Below the pieces are notes generated by a model, which was given only the letters and a program-made list of their open reading frames with translations, did no database searches and was not told the origin of the DNA. Made by a program: the position numbers and the translations under genes. Positions 39,925 to 50,160 of a stretch of DNA of 64,000 bases are shown here, in pieces (positions within the stretch are counted from its first letter, which is position 1; the number at the start of each line of letters is the position of its first letter). Source of the stretch: an uncultured Verrucomicrobiae bacterium (GTDB lineage Bacteria; Verrucomicrobiota; Verrucomicrobiia; Chthoniobacterales; JAFAMB01); assembly GCA_963813025.1 (NCBI GenBank), contig CAWEXO010000014.1, forward strand, positions 96,001 through 160,000, in the 5' to 3' direction.

Positions 39925-42900
39925 ATGCAGATTCCAATTAGCGAAGTCGAAACTCTTTCCAAGCCGGCCACTGAACTGTGGTTTAAAGAGGCGATTATTT
40001 ACCAGCTTCACATCAAAACTTTTTGCGATGGCAATAATGATGGCATCGGGGATTTTCCGGGATTGCTGACGAAGCTGGATTACCTGAAAAACCTGGGGGT
40101 CACCGCGGTCTGGCTCCTGCCGTTTTATCCTTCTCCCCTGAAGGACGACGGTTATGACATCGCCGATTATCGAAATGTCCACCCGTCCTACGGAAATTTG
40201 GAGGACTTTCGCCAATTTCTCAATGCGGCGCACGACCTCGGATTGCGGGTCATCACTGAGCTTGTGCTCAATCATACCAGTGACCAACACGTTTGGTTTC
40301 AAAAATCGCGGCGCGCTCTCCCCGGCGATTCGTGGCGCGATTACTATGTCTGGTCAGACGATCCCACCAAGTACCAGAACGCTCGAATCATCTTCAAAGA
40401 CACTGAATCCAGCAATTGGGCTTATGATCCGGTCGCTAAAGCCTATTACTGGCACCGGTTCTATTCGCATCAGCCCGATCTCAACTACGATAACCCGGAA
40501 GTGCGTTCGACCATGCTCGGGGTCGTCGATTTCTGGTTGGAGATGGGGGTGGACGGTCTTCGGCTGGACGCCGTGCCATACTTGATCGAACGGGAGGGCA
40601 CCAGTTGCGAGAACCTGCCGGAAACGCACGCGTATCTGCGCGAACTGCGGGCCTACATGGATGCCAAATATCAGGATCGCATGCTCTTGGCCGAGGCAAA
40701 CCAATGGCCCGAGGATGCGGTCGCCTATTTCGGCACCGGCAATGAGTGCCACATGGCCTTCCACTTTCCGATTATGCCGCGAATCTACATGTCGCTGCAC
40801 ATGGAGGATCGCTATCCGATCGTCGATATTTTGGAGCAGACCCCGGTCATTCCCGAAAACTGCCAGTGGGCGATGTTCTTGCGCAACCACGACGAACTCA
40901 CGCTGGAAATGGTGACAGAGGAGGAGCGCGATTATATGTATCGCAATTACGCACGCGACCCTCGCGCCCGCATCAATCTGGGCATCCGTCGCCGATTGGC
41001 CCCTTTGCTGGGGAACAATCGAAAAAAAATTGAGCTGATCAACGCGATTCTTTTATCGATGCCGGGAAGTCCAATCCTCTACTACGGTGACGAGATCGGC
41101 ATGGGAGATAACATTTACCTGGGTGATCGCAATGGCGTCCGGACGCCGATGCAGTGGAGCGCGGACAAGAATGCCGGATTCTCTCGAGCCAACCCGAACT
41201 CGCTGTTTTTGCCGGTAAACATTGATCCGGAGTTCCATTACGAAGCGATTAACGTCGAACTACAGGAAGGCAATTTGTCCTCGACCCTGTGGTGGATGCG
41301 TCGCATCATTGCGATCCGCAAGCGCTTTCCCGCATTTGGTCATGGCGACTTCAAATTGTTGACGCCCGTCAACAACAAAGTCCTCTGTTTTACGCGAAGC
41401 TACGAAAGCCAGACGGTTCTTGTCGTCATCAATCTCTCGCGCTTTTCTCAAGCGGTGGAGCTCGACCTTTCAGCGTGGGTCGGCTACACGCCGGAAGATG
41501 CCTTTGGTCATGGACGATTCTCTGTTATCCGAGACGCGCCCTACGCGATAACACTCGGTCCGCATACCTTTTTTTGGCTGCTGCTCACTCCTCCGGCGGT
41601 CGCCGGAGTTGCCGACGGGGAACGCTATCTGCCAGCGATCCAGTTCAATGGTTCGCCTGATTGGTGGAGAACGGCAGCCGGCATGCGCTTTGTCGAAAGC
41701 GACTTGCGAACTTATATACGAAAATGCCGCTGGTATCGGAGCAAAGCGCGGCAAATCCTCAATGCTACTTTGGCCGACACTGTCGTTCTCGATGAAAAAG
41801 AGAACAGCCAGCTCTTGCTGATTAACTTTACTTTCTCGGAAGGCGCGCCCGATCTTTACACATTGCCGGTAAAGGCGGTGTCTGGAAACGAAGCACGCGG
41901 TATCGAAGTCGAACATCCGGGATCGGTCATCGCGCGGATTGGAACTGGTGGCGATCTGCTGGTTGACGCGATCGCCGTACCGTCGTTTCACCGTGCGCTC
42001 CTGGAGAGTGTGGAGAAGGGAATCGCGATTCCGTCCCGGGCTGGGCGGTTGGTGACGCACTCCTCAAAGCGCCTGGGTGACGCGGTAGATAACAAGGCGT
42101 TGCCAGGTTCACGGATCTTGAAGGTCGAGCAAAGCAACAGTTCGATCCTGTTTGAGGATAAAGTTTACGCCAAGTTTTTTCGCAGACTGGATGAGGGGTT
42201 GAATCCTGATCTGGAAGTGACCAAACAACTCAGTGAAAACTGCGGATTCCCGAATGTGCCGCCTTACCTCGGCGATCTGCAGTACATCGCGCGCGGACAA
42301 GAGCCGGCCGCCTTGGTGATGTTGCAAAAATTTACGAACAGCGACCAGGAAGGTTGGACGCACACCCTGGCCGCGGTCGATCGGTATTTTGATCGCGTGC
42401 TGGCTGAGCCCAATATCGTGCCGCCGCCTCCCGTCGGGCTCTGGGAGGAGATTCCCGATCAATTTCTAACGGTGATCGAGGGAATGCATCTCGAGAACGT
42501 TCGTCTTCTGGGTGAGCGGACCGCCGAGATGCATCTCGCGCTGGCGAGCGATCACGAGTCTCCGGAATTTTCCCCCGAGCCATTTAGCTTGCAGCATCAA
42601 CGCTCGATTTTTCAATCCATCCGCAGCGAAACCAAGAACACGACGATTCTCTTGTCGAAGGCCTTGCCCAACGTCGACGAGTATTCGCGTGCGCTCGCTG
42701 AGCAGGTCCTGACTCGGGCGACCGAGCTCTCTGCCTCCCATGAATACCTGCTGAATTCCTCGATCGCCGTCGATAAAATTCGCATTCATGGCGACTATCA
42801 TCTCGGGCAAGTCCTGTTCACGGGCAAAGACTTCATCATCCTCGATTTCGAAGGCGAGCCGGCGCGTCCGCTGGGCGAAAGAAGGCTGAAACGATCCGCG

Positions 42901-43299
42901 CTGATCGACGTCGCGGGAATGCTGCGATCTTTTCACTACGCGGCGCACTACGGTTTGCTGGAATCCCGGACAATCCGGCCGATGGACCGCGGTATTCTTG
43001 AGGGGTACGCTGATCTTTGGTCGACCCGGGCTGGCCAAGTCTTTCTGAGGGCCTACCTGGATCGCTCGGGGGACGCTTCGTTTGTGCCGAAGGATCCGGT
43101 CAACACCCGTCGCTTGCTGCGAAGCTATTCCATTCTGAAGGCGATGTACGAGTTGCGTTACGAATTAAATAATCGACCTCGTTGGATCGCGATTCCTCTG
43201 CGCGGTCTCCTCCATTGTCTGGCCGAAATTTCAACCGGCCAGGCAGCAGCTAGCGGGGCCGCAACTCGGATCGGAAAGACTAGTGCACCAGGTGCTTGA
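39925..43299 (+). CDS. treS: Trehalose synthase (maltose alpha-D-glucosyltransferase) fused to maltokinase
   Basis: WLLPFYPSPL.DDGYD, RLDAVPYL, AEANQWP, FLRNHDELTLEMV; C-terminal EQSNSS, RIHGDYHLGQVL, DFEGEP. Confidence 0.95.
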   Translation: MQIPISEVETLSKPATELWFKEAIIYQLHIKTFCDGNNDGIGDFPGLLTKLDYLKNLGVTAVWLLPFYPSPLKDDGYDIADYRNVHPSYGNLEDFRQFLNAAHDLGLRVITELVLNHTSDQHVWFQKSRRALPGDSWRDYYVWSDDPTKYQNARIIFKDTESSNWAYDPVAKAYYWHRFYSHQPDLNYDNPEVRSTMLGVVDFWLEMGVDGLRLDAVPYLIEREGTSCENLPETHAYLRELRAYMDAKYQDRMLLAEANQWPEDAVAYFGTGNECHMAFHFPIMPRIYMSLHMEDRYPIVDILEQTPVIPENCQWAMFLRNHDELTLEMVTEEERDYMYRNYARDPRARINLGIRRRLAPLLGNNRKKIELINAILLSMPGSPILYYGDEIGMGDNIYLGDRNGVRTPMQWSADKNAGFSRANPNSLFLPVNIDPEFHYEAINVELQEGNLSSTLWWMRRIIAIRKRFPAFGHGDFKLLTPVNNKVLCFTRSYESQTVLVVINLSRFSQAVELDLSAWVGYTPEDAFGHGRFSVIRDAPYAITLGPHTFFWLLLTPPAVAGVADGERYLPAIQFNGSPDWWRTAAGMRFVESDLRTYIRKCRWYRSKARQILNATLADTVVLDEKENSQLLLINFTFSEGAPDLYTLPVKAVSGNEARGIEVEHPGSVIARIGTGGDLLVDAIAVPSFHRALLESVEKGIAIPSRAGRLVTHSSKRLGDAVDNKALPGSRILKVEQSNSSILFEDKVYAKFFRRLDEGLNPDLEVTKQLSENCGFPNVPPYLGDLQYIARGQEPAALVMLQKFTNSDQEGWTHTLAAVDRYFDRVLAEPNIVPPPPVGLWEEIPDQFLTVIEGMHLENVRLLGERTAEMHLALASDHESPEFSPEPFSLQHQRSIFQSIRSETKNTTILLSKALPNVDEYSRALAEQVLTRATELSASHEYLLNSSIAVDKIRIHGDYHLGQVLFTGKDFIILDFEGEPARPLGERRLKRSALIDVAGMLRSFHYAAHYGLLESRTIRPMDRGILEGYADLWSTRAGQVFLRAYLDRSGDASFVPKDPVNTRRLLRSYSILKAMYELRYELNNRPRWIAIPLRGLLHCLAEISTGQAAASGAATRIGKTSAPGA

Positions 43300-43315
43300 G
43301 CGTCTTTCCGGCGGA

Positions 43316-44158
43316 ATGCGTGTGATCAGGAAACCAGCGGCAATCCGGCTGCTGACCGCCTCCTTGCCGAGGCCAAGGGTGCTGGTGCCCACGATGGGAG
43401 CTTTGCACGAAGGCCACTTGCAACTGATCGATCGCGCCCGAAAAGCCGCCGGCCGGCATGGCCGGGTAATTGCGACCATCTTCGTCAATCCCACCCAGTT
43501 CGGGCCGCAGGAGGACTACCAGAACTACCCACGCTCATTCCGCGAAGATAGCGCGCAGCTGCGCGCGCGCGGCTGTGATGTCCTTTTCGCGCCTGCGGCG
43601 AAAGAAATGTACCTGCCGGATATTTCAGTAACAATCAATGAGAGCCGCCTCTCGTGGGTCATGTGCGGACCTTCGCGCCCAGGCCATTTCTCCGGAGTGT
43701 GCACCGTGGTTGCCAAGCTCTTTCATTTAACCTCGCCAGATGTAGCTATCTTCGGACAAAAAGATTTTCAGCAGTTTATTATCCTGCAACGGATGGTGCG
43801 GGATCTTGATTTCAATGTCCGCTTGATTGCGCATCCGATCGTGCGCGAGGCTGACGGTCTGGCTTTGAGTTCACGGAACGCCTACCTCTCAGCGTCTGAG
43901 CGGGCGCAGGCGCCAATCATTTACCGCGCGTTGCGGGAGGCGGCTGGCAAAGTGGAACGGGGATTTCGCGGTGTGAGTCGGCTGGAAAACTTCATCCGCG
44001 ATCGGATCCAGAGCGTTTCAGCGGCTAAAATTGACTACATCGCAGTGGCGGATCCGGAGACTCTGGAAAGGAAGTCCGCGCTAACGCCGCCGACGCTGCT
44101 GGCAGCGGCCGTCTATTTCGGATCGACCCGTCTGATTGATAACGTGCTCCTGCCATAG
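43316..44158 (+). CDS. panC: Pantoate--beta-alanine ligase
   Basis: VPTMGALHEGH, IFVNPTQF, SRPGHFSGV, FGQKDFQQ, DGLALSSRN, RLIDN. Confidence 0.97.
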   Translation: MRVIRKPAAIRLLTASLPRPRVLVPTMGALHEGHLQLIDRARKAAGRHGRVIATIFVNPTQFGPQEDYQNYPRSFREDSAQLRARGCDVLFAPAAKEMYLPDISVTINESRLSWVMCGPSRPGHFSGVCTVVAKLFHLTSPDVAIFGQKDFQQFIILQRMVRDLDFNVRLIAHPIVREADGLALSSRNAYLSASERAQAPIIYRALREAAGKVERGFRGVSRLENFIRDRIQSVSAAKIDYIAVADPETLERKSALTPPTLLAAAVYFGSTRLIDNVLLP

Positions 44159-44276
44159 GCACACTCTGGTCGAGAGTTCTTTGAACACTGGCAGCTGATG
44201 TGGAGAAATGAAAAATCTGTGGTTTTTATCTTTAAGAGACGTTCCTTGGCCGCCCTGAGAGGCGCGGCCGCGTTCG

Positions 44277-45875
44277 ATGAATCGTTTTGATTTTATCATT
44301 GTTGGCAGCGGGGTAGCCGGCCTCAGCCTGGCCTTAAGACTTGCGGAGCAGGGGAGCGTCGCGGTCATCACGAAGCGCACCCCGGCCGACTCGAGTACCG
44401 CTTGGGCCCAGGGTGGGGTGGCTTGCGTGACGAGCGCCGAAGATTCATTTGAGCTTCATATCCAGGATACGTTAATCGCCGGTGCCGGACTCTGTGACGA
44501 GGAAGCTGTCCGGACGATCGTGACTGAAGGACCGGCCGCCGTGCGCGATCTTGTCGCGATCGGGGTTCACTTTGATGAGCGCGTTTTGGAAGATGGTCAG
44601 CGGGAGCTGGATCTAGGTAAAGAGGGCGGTCATTCCAAACGTCGAGTGCTTCATTATCATGATTCAACCGGACGGGAGATTGAACAGCGTCTGTTGGACG
44701 CCGTCGCGAAGCATACGCAGGTCCAGGTGCTCGGAAATCATATGGCGGTCGACCTTATCACCACCGGCAAACTTGGTTACGCTACCGAAAACCGCGCGGT
44801 GGGACTCTATGTCCTCGACGAGGCTGGCGGTAAAGTAAAAGCGCTACGTTCAGATCGGGTAATCCTGGCTACCGGCGGCTGCGGCAAAGTCTATCTTTAC
44901 ACTACGAATCCGGTGGTGGCCACGGGCGACGGTGTAGCCATGGCTTGGCGAGCAGGTGCCACGATCGCCAATATGGAGTTTATCCAGTTCCACCCTACCT
45001 GTCTGTTTCATCCGGAAGAACGAACATTTTTGATCAGCGAGGCGGTGCGCGGTGAAGGCGGAAAGCTTGTCGATCCTCAAGGGCGTGAGTTCATGGCCAG
45101 GTATGATCAACGGGGGGCGTTGGCGCCCCGGGATATTGTGGCCCGCGCGATCGATGCGGAAATGAAGCGGACCGGGGCCCAATGCATGTTTATCGATATT
45201 AGCCATCGGCCGCCTGGATTTATCAAGAAACGTTTCCCGAATATCTATGAAACGTGTCTCGGCTTGGGCATCGATATCACGACCCAACCTATCCCGGTCG
45301 TGCCCGCAGCCCATTACCAGTGTGGGGGCATAAAGACCGATCTGGATGGCGCTAGTACTTTGCGTGGTCTGTTTGCGATCGGCGAAGTCGCCTGCACCGG
45401 TCTGCATGGCGCCAATCGCCTGGCCAGCAATTCCCTTTTAGAAGGAGTGGTCTTGGCGCGGCGCTGCGCGAGCGCCCTCCAGCGACCGAAGTACTCCCGT
45501 TATCATCAGGATGTCGAACTTCCCGAATGGCGACCCGGTCACGCTCAGGATGTTGATGAACTGGTTGTCATCTATCACAACTGGGACGAAATCCGTCGTC
45601 TGATGTGGGATTACGTTGGAATTGTCCGAACCAGTAAACGCCTGCAACGCGCCAGCGCGCGTTTGCGCAATCTCCATCGCGAAATTCAAGAGTTCTACTG
45701 GGATTTTAAAATCTCAACCGACCTTCTTGAATTGCGGAACCTGTGCACGACGGCCAGCTTGATCGTCGATAGCGCGCTCGTGCGCAAAGAAAGCCGCGGG
45801 TTACACTGCACGCTCGATTTTCCGGCTGCAGACGATAAGCGTTTTTTAAAAGAAACATTACTCGCGCGCTATTGA
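44277..45875 (+). CDS. nadB: L-aspartate oxidase
   Basis: GSGVAGL, WAQGG, EGGHSKRR, QFHPT, LAPRDIVAR, PAAHY.CGG, GLHGANRLASNSLLE. Confidence 0.96.
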   Translation: MNRFDFIIVGSGVAGLSLALRLAEQGSVAVITKRTPADSSTAWAQGGVACVTSAEDSFELHIQDTLIAGAGLCDEEAVRTIVTEGPAAVRDLVAIGVHFDERVLEDGQRELDLGKEGGHSKRRVLHYHDSTGREIEQRLLDAVAKHTQVQVLGNHMAVDLITTGKLGYATENRAVGLYVLDEAGGKVKALRSDRVILATGGCGKVYLYTTNPVVATGDGVAMAWRAGATIANMEFIQFHPTCLFHPEERTFLISEAVRGEGGKLVDPQGREFMARYDQRGALAPRDIVARAIDAEMKRTGAQCMFIDISHRPPGFIKKRFPNIYETCLGLGIDITTQPIPVVPAAHYQCGGIKTDLDGASTLRGLFAIGEVACTGLHGANRLASNSLLEGVVLARRCASALQRPKYSRYHQDVELPEWRPGHAQDVDELVVIYHNWDEIRRLMWDYVGIVRTSKRLQRASARLRNLHREIQEFYWDFKISTDLLELRNLCTTASLIVDSALVRKESRGLHCTLDFPAADDKRFLKETLLARY

Positions 45876-45977
45876 GATTCTTTTTGGCCACTCAACGCGT
45901 TGGAGTACCAGACACGGAATCGATATGAAAGCAAGAATCGGAGTTCTTATCGATCCTCGATAAGCCAGGTTGGCGGC

Positions 45978-46755
45978 ATGACAAACACAAACGTTGAACG
46001 AAAGCTGCCTTTTACAGACCACGTTGCACTCATCACGGGCGGAACAACCGGGATCGGGCTGGCGACTGCCGCGGCATTTCTTCGCGAAGGCGCGCAGGTT
46101 GCAATACCGGAGTTAATCCGTCGACGCTGGCGGAGGCTCAGCGCTCCTCGGTGATGGCGCCCTCGTCATTGCGGCTGACGCAAGCCGAATCGAGGATACC
46201 AAGACCATGGTCGCAGCCGTTCATCATCGTTTCGGCCGGATCGACTCGCTCTTCGTCAACGCGGGAATCGGGATCTTTGCTGGGTTCGATACCTTCCAAG
46301 AGTCGCTCTATGATCGGGTGATGGGCGTTAATTTGAAGGGTGGCTTTTTCACGATTCAACGCGCGTTGCCATTGTTCGATCGCGGCGGTGCCATCATCCT
46401 GAACACATCAGTCAGTGCCCATGTCGGAATGGCAAACTCATCGTTTTATGCCGCTTCGAAAGCAGGCTTGATCAGCCTCGCCCGGACTTTGCTTCCAGAT
46501 CTGCTCCCGCGCGGCATTCGCATCAATGCCTTGAGTCCCGGCCCGGTGGAGACGCCGATATATGGAAAGCTGCCGGTTTCCACGGAACAGATCACAGGCA
46601 TTATCGATGCAAATCGCGCAATGGTCCCGCTTCGGCGATTCGGGAAGCCGGAGGAGATCGCCGAAGCCGTCCTTTTCCTCGCGTCAGCATCCTCCTCATT
46701 CATCGTAGGCGCCGAAATCATCGCTGACGGCGGCTTTATGACTCGCGCTGCGTAA
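45978..46755 (+). pseudogene. SDR oxidoreductase with two single-base deletions (near 46105 and 46144)
   Basis: ITGGTTGIG in the first ORF; NAG, YAASK, SPGPVETP in the second; the bridging frame reads TGVNPSTLAEAQR. Could be sequencing error. Confidence 0.7.
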
Positions 46756-46830
46756 GTCTCCGTCTCAGCTAAAGCGGCGGCAACGCCAGAGCTTGTCTGG
46801 CAATTTCCCAAATCCGTCGTGCGAAAATTC

Positions 46831-46907
46831 AGAGATTGTCTCGCAACACGCAAAGGTCGGTAGGGTCAAGCTCCCGCTTGACCTCCTTTGTGTTGGATCA
46901 CGCCTCG
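46831..46907 (+). repeat. Repeat family B, 1 CAAGCTC unit
   Basis: agagattgtctcgcaacacgcaaaggtcggtagggtcaagctcccgcttgacc. Confidence 0.85.
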
Positions 46908-47218
46908 GCTGGCGCTTCTCCACCAAGGCGGGATCGTCCTGTCGGAACAGAGCTAAAGACGCCCTCGCGGTACCAACTCGTCACCTGATGATTCTTTTAA
47001 AGGCGAACCGCCTCCCGAGCGCATCGAAACATTAATCGGTAAGGTTCTATCCGACGACTCATTGCTCGCCAACGCGGCAAGACGTTCGAAACCCATTTCA
47101 TTTCTTACAATGTTGAAATTTTTGCAGGAATTCGACGAAAATTCGTCGATTCAGCTTTAGAAGAGGAAAAATCGCTTGCTCTCTTCGCGCAAATCCGCAT
47201 AAAAGAGCGAAACTTCTC

Positions 47219-48118
47219 ATGCGGCTGCCTTTTATCTGTTCGTTTTTATCGCTGGTGTGTTGCCATGGGATTGCTTTCGCTCAAGCCCAGTACGAGAGCA
47301 GCACTGATTTCGCCAAGTATGCCATGAAGCTGCGAGAGGACGCGCTTCTGAAAGTAGAGCCCAAGGTAATCATGTCACCGACCAAGACGACCTTCTCTGG
47401 TTCGGGTCAGCGTTATGAGACTGGTCCTTCCCTCATGGGTCGCGGTGAATACAACATCGGTTCGGGACGTTATCCATGGAAATTGAATATCGTGACAACG
47501 ATTTTCTGGATTGGCGAACGTCCCAGGGGCAACAATCCCGTTCCGAATGATCGCAGCTCTTGGGACAAGTACTGGAGTTCCAGCTACGGTGGTTATGATA
47601 ATCCGGATGCCGCCGCCCGACGCAACTATATTCCGGTAAACTTCGTTCCTCGTCAGAACCCTTTCTACGTCGCTTTACCTTACAACGACGTCGAGGGGGG
47701 GCACACTAAGCCTGAAGCCGCCCAGGTCGTTCCCTGGTTCAGGACCGCCTTCACCCACGATGGACAGACCGTGCTGAAAGGTCATTGGATCGCGATTCGT
47801 CACGGCAATCGGGTTGCTTTTGCCCAGTGGGAAGATTGCGGACCTTTCCGCACCGATCACTGGCAGTATGTGTTCGGAAGCGAGCGTCCACGCCCCAACC
47901 TGAACCAAGGCGCTGGCCTCGACGTATCGCCCGCAGTGCGTGATTATCTTGGGCTCGGAAACAAAGACCTCTGCGACTGGCGGTTTGTCGACTTTCGACA
48001 AGTACCGCCTGGGCCGTGGGCCCTCTATGGCGACAACAATACCTTTGTGTTGCTTCGGCGCCAAAGTAACGAGCGCTTCGCCCGGCGAAGCTTTGTCCGG
48101 CCCGACGGTACCGAATAA
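47219..48118 (+). CDS. Secreted conserved hypothetical protein, possible RlpA-like double-psi barrel
   Basis: Signal peptide; NPFYVALP, WEDCGP, GLDVSPAVRDYLG. Confidence 0.7.
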   Translation: MRLPFICSFLSLVCCHGIAFAQAQYESSTDFAKYAMKLREDALLKVEPKVIMSPTKTTFSGSGQRYETGPSLMGRGEYNIGSGRYPWKLNIVTTIFWIGERPRGNNPVPNDRSSWDKYWSSSYGGYDNPDAAARRNYIPVNFVPRQNPFYVALPYNDVEGGHTKPEAAQVVPWFRTAFTHDGQTVLKGHWIAIRHGNRVAFAQWEDCGPFRTDHWQYVFGSERPRPNLNQGAGLDVSPAVRDYLGLGNKDLCDWRFVDFRQVPPGPWALYGDNNTFVLLRRQSNERFARRSFVRPDGTE

Positions 48119-48165
48119 CCTGCGTTGCTCGCAAATCCTGAGGAATTGCGAGCAACGCAGGTTAT
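48115..48165. repeat. Hairpin filling the whole intergenic space
   Basis: ataacctgcgttgctcgcaa ... ttgcgagcaacgcaggttat, from the upstream TAA to the downstream ATG. Confidence 0.75.
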
Positions 48166-48508
48166 GAGGAAACAAAGCATAAAACGTTCTCTCGGAGTCT
48201 TGATCATGGCGATCGCGGCTTCGCCTTTCGGATTCGGTTCCGAACCGTCTCAGGCTGCTCTTCTGAAACAAGCCAAGGTGTCAGAGGCGCAGGCGCGCGG
48301 GATCGCCCTTCAACATGTGCCGGACGGCAGGATCCGCAGCAGCGAACTGGAACGGGAGGGCGGCCGACTGATTTGGTCATTTGACATTGCCCGGCCAAAA
48401 ACAAGAGATATCACCGAAATTCAAGTGGACGCCCGCTCGGGGAAGATGGTGATGCAACAACTCGAAACACCGAAACAGCAAGCTGCCGAAAAAAGAGCCG
48501 AAAAATAA
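48164..48508 (+). CDS. PepSY domain protein
   Basis: Signal peptide; AKVSEAQARGIAL, ELEREGGRLIWSFDI, VDARSGK. Confidence 0.85.
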   Translation: MRKQSIKRSLGVLIMAIAASPFGFGSEPSQAALLKQAKVSEAQARGIALQHVPDGRIRSSELEREGGRLIWSFDIARPKTRDITEIQVDARSGKMVMQQLETPKQQAAEKRAEK

Positions 48509-48515
48509 AAGCAGC

Positions 48516-49187
48516 TTGAGAACCCCGCAGCATTCACGGCAATGGCTGACTGGAGCCCTGCTCGTTGGGCTATGCGTTATTTTCCTCGCGGGTGGCTTCT
48601 TTCTCTATTTGGCCGACGAAGTCGGCGAACAAGGTTGGCTGACCGCGTTGGATCAGCAGATCGCCCAATTTTTTCACGAGCATGGCCCGTTCTGGCTGGT
48701 CCGTCTCTTCGCGGGAATCACGATGCTCGGCGATGCGCGGACACTTGGCTTTCTTGGTGTGGTGGTTGCGCTTTGGCTTGCCCTGCTCCGGCGATGGTCG
48801 TTTCTGCTCGGCTGGACTGCTGCCTTGGTTGGTGCGGGTGAACTCAACACTTTTTTGAAAAGTATCTTTCAAAGAATTCGACCCCAACTTTCGAATCCCT
48901 GGCAAATCGCCCCCGGTTGGAGTTTTCCCAGCGGACACGCAATGGGATCGTTTGTGACCTATGGATTTTTGGCGTATCTCCTTTTTCGGCTCACCCGACT
49001 TCCACCAAAGGTGGCCGCCTCTGCCTTTGCCGTCCTGGTTCCCCTGATCGGATTCAGTCGCATCTACCTCGGCGTGCATTTTCTGAGCGATGTTGTTGCC
49101 GGTTTCGCCGCGGCGACCGTCTGGCTCGGCTTCTGTATTCTGGTGACAGAGCAAACACAGCCAAAGCCGATGACCGATGGCCGATGA
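48516..49187 (+). CDS. PAP2 family phosphatase
   Basis: K..FQR.RP, SFPSGH, SRIYLGVHFLSDV. Confidence 0.92.
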   Translation: MRTPQHSRQWLTGALLVGLCVIFLAGGFFLYLADEVGEQGWLTALDQQIAQFFHEHGPFWLVRLFAGITMLGDARTLGFLGVVVALWLALLRRWSFLLGWTAALVGAGELNTFLKSIFQRIRPQLSNPWQIAPGWSFPSGHAMGSFVTYGFLAYLLFRLTRLPPKVAASAFAVLVPLIGFSRIYLGVHFLSDVVAGFAAATVWLGFCILVTEQTQPKPMTDGR

Positions 49188-49267
49188 CTGATGACAGATC
49201 ACCGATCGCTGATTACCCTCGACCGCTCAGCCTGCGCAAAGTCGCTCAAGCCGCCCAAACCGCTCAA
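49167..49267. repeat. CCGATGA heptamer run followed by CCGCTCAAR 9-mer run between convergent genes
   Basis: ccgatgaccgatggccgatgactgatgacagatcaccgatc; similar runs at 12832-12858 and 61312-61353. Confidence 0.65.
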
Positions 49268-50160
49268 TTCCGGCGTTGCCAGCGTGCCAAGGAGGCTTCG
49301 TGCAGGTGGCGCGGATGGAAGACCTTGAGCACCACCCCGTACTTCGGACTGAACAAGTACGCCAGCAGGAAAACCAGCCCAAGAACCAGGACAATACAGG
49401 GTCCGGAAGGCAAGTTCAGCCAATAAGAGATGAGCAACCCGGCACAGGAACCCACTGAGCCGAGAATGCCACCGGCCCAAAACAGTGTGTTGAGGGAGTC
49501 GGACAGGAGGTAAATCGTCGCTGCCGGAGCGATGAGCATCCCTAAGGCCAGGATGACACCGACGGCCTGCAGAGAAGAGATCATCGAAAGAACCAGCAAG
49601 CCCATTAAGAGATACTTCATCGCATTCACGGGAACGCCCTGGCTCGCCGCAACCGAGGGTTCAAATATCGTCAGAAGCAGCGGTCGTTCCAGGGCAACGA
49701 GCGTTGGCAAAACGAGAAGACTGATCAAATAGATCGTCCATAGATCAGTGTCTCCTAGTCCCAGAATATTGCCAAAAAGATAGTCGCTGACGTTCACGCC
49801 CGCCCGAGAAAAGCTGATCAAAACCAAGCCCAGAGAAAAAGAACAGGCAAAAAGCAACCCAAGCGAGGTGTCTTCTTTAATCCGCGAACTGTTGGAGATG
49901 ATTTGTGTTCCAAATGCCACCAAGAGTGCCGCGATGAGTGCTCCCACAAAGAGGGTGCCGGGCATCAATCCAAACAAGAGCAAAGCCACGGCAACGCCGG
50001 GCAAGAGAGAGTGCGCCATGGCGTCCGCCATCAGAGCCAACCGGCGAATGACGATAAATGAGCTGAGGGCTCCATTGGTGAAGCCGATCAAGGCGCAACC
50101 GAAAAAGGCGCGCTGCATAAATTCATGATGAAAGGGCTCAAAGACCCAGGCCAGGTGCAT
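49264..50160 (-). CDS. Zn/Mn ABC transporter permease
   Basis: LMADAMAHSLLPG, YLFGNIL, QAVGVIL, PSGPCIV. Confidence 0.92.
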   Translation of the reverse strand: MHLAWVFEPFHHEFMQRAFFGCALIGFTNGALSSFIVIRRLALMADAMAHSLLPGVAVALLLFGLMPGTLFVGALIAALLVAFGTQIISNSSRIKEDTSLGLLFACSFSLGLVLISFSRAGVNVSDYLFGNILGLGDTDLWTIYLISLLVLPTLVALERPLLLTIFEPSVAASQGVPVNAMKYLLMGLLVLSMISSLQAVGVILALGMLIAPAATIYLLSDSLNTLFWAGGILGSVGSCAGLLISYWLNLPSGPCIVLVLGLVFLLAYLFSPKYGVVLKVFHPRHLHEASLARWQRRN

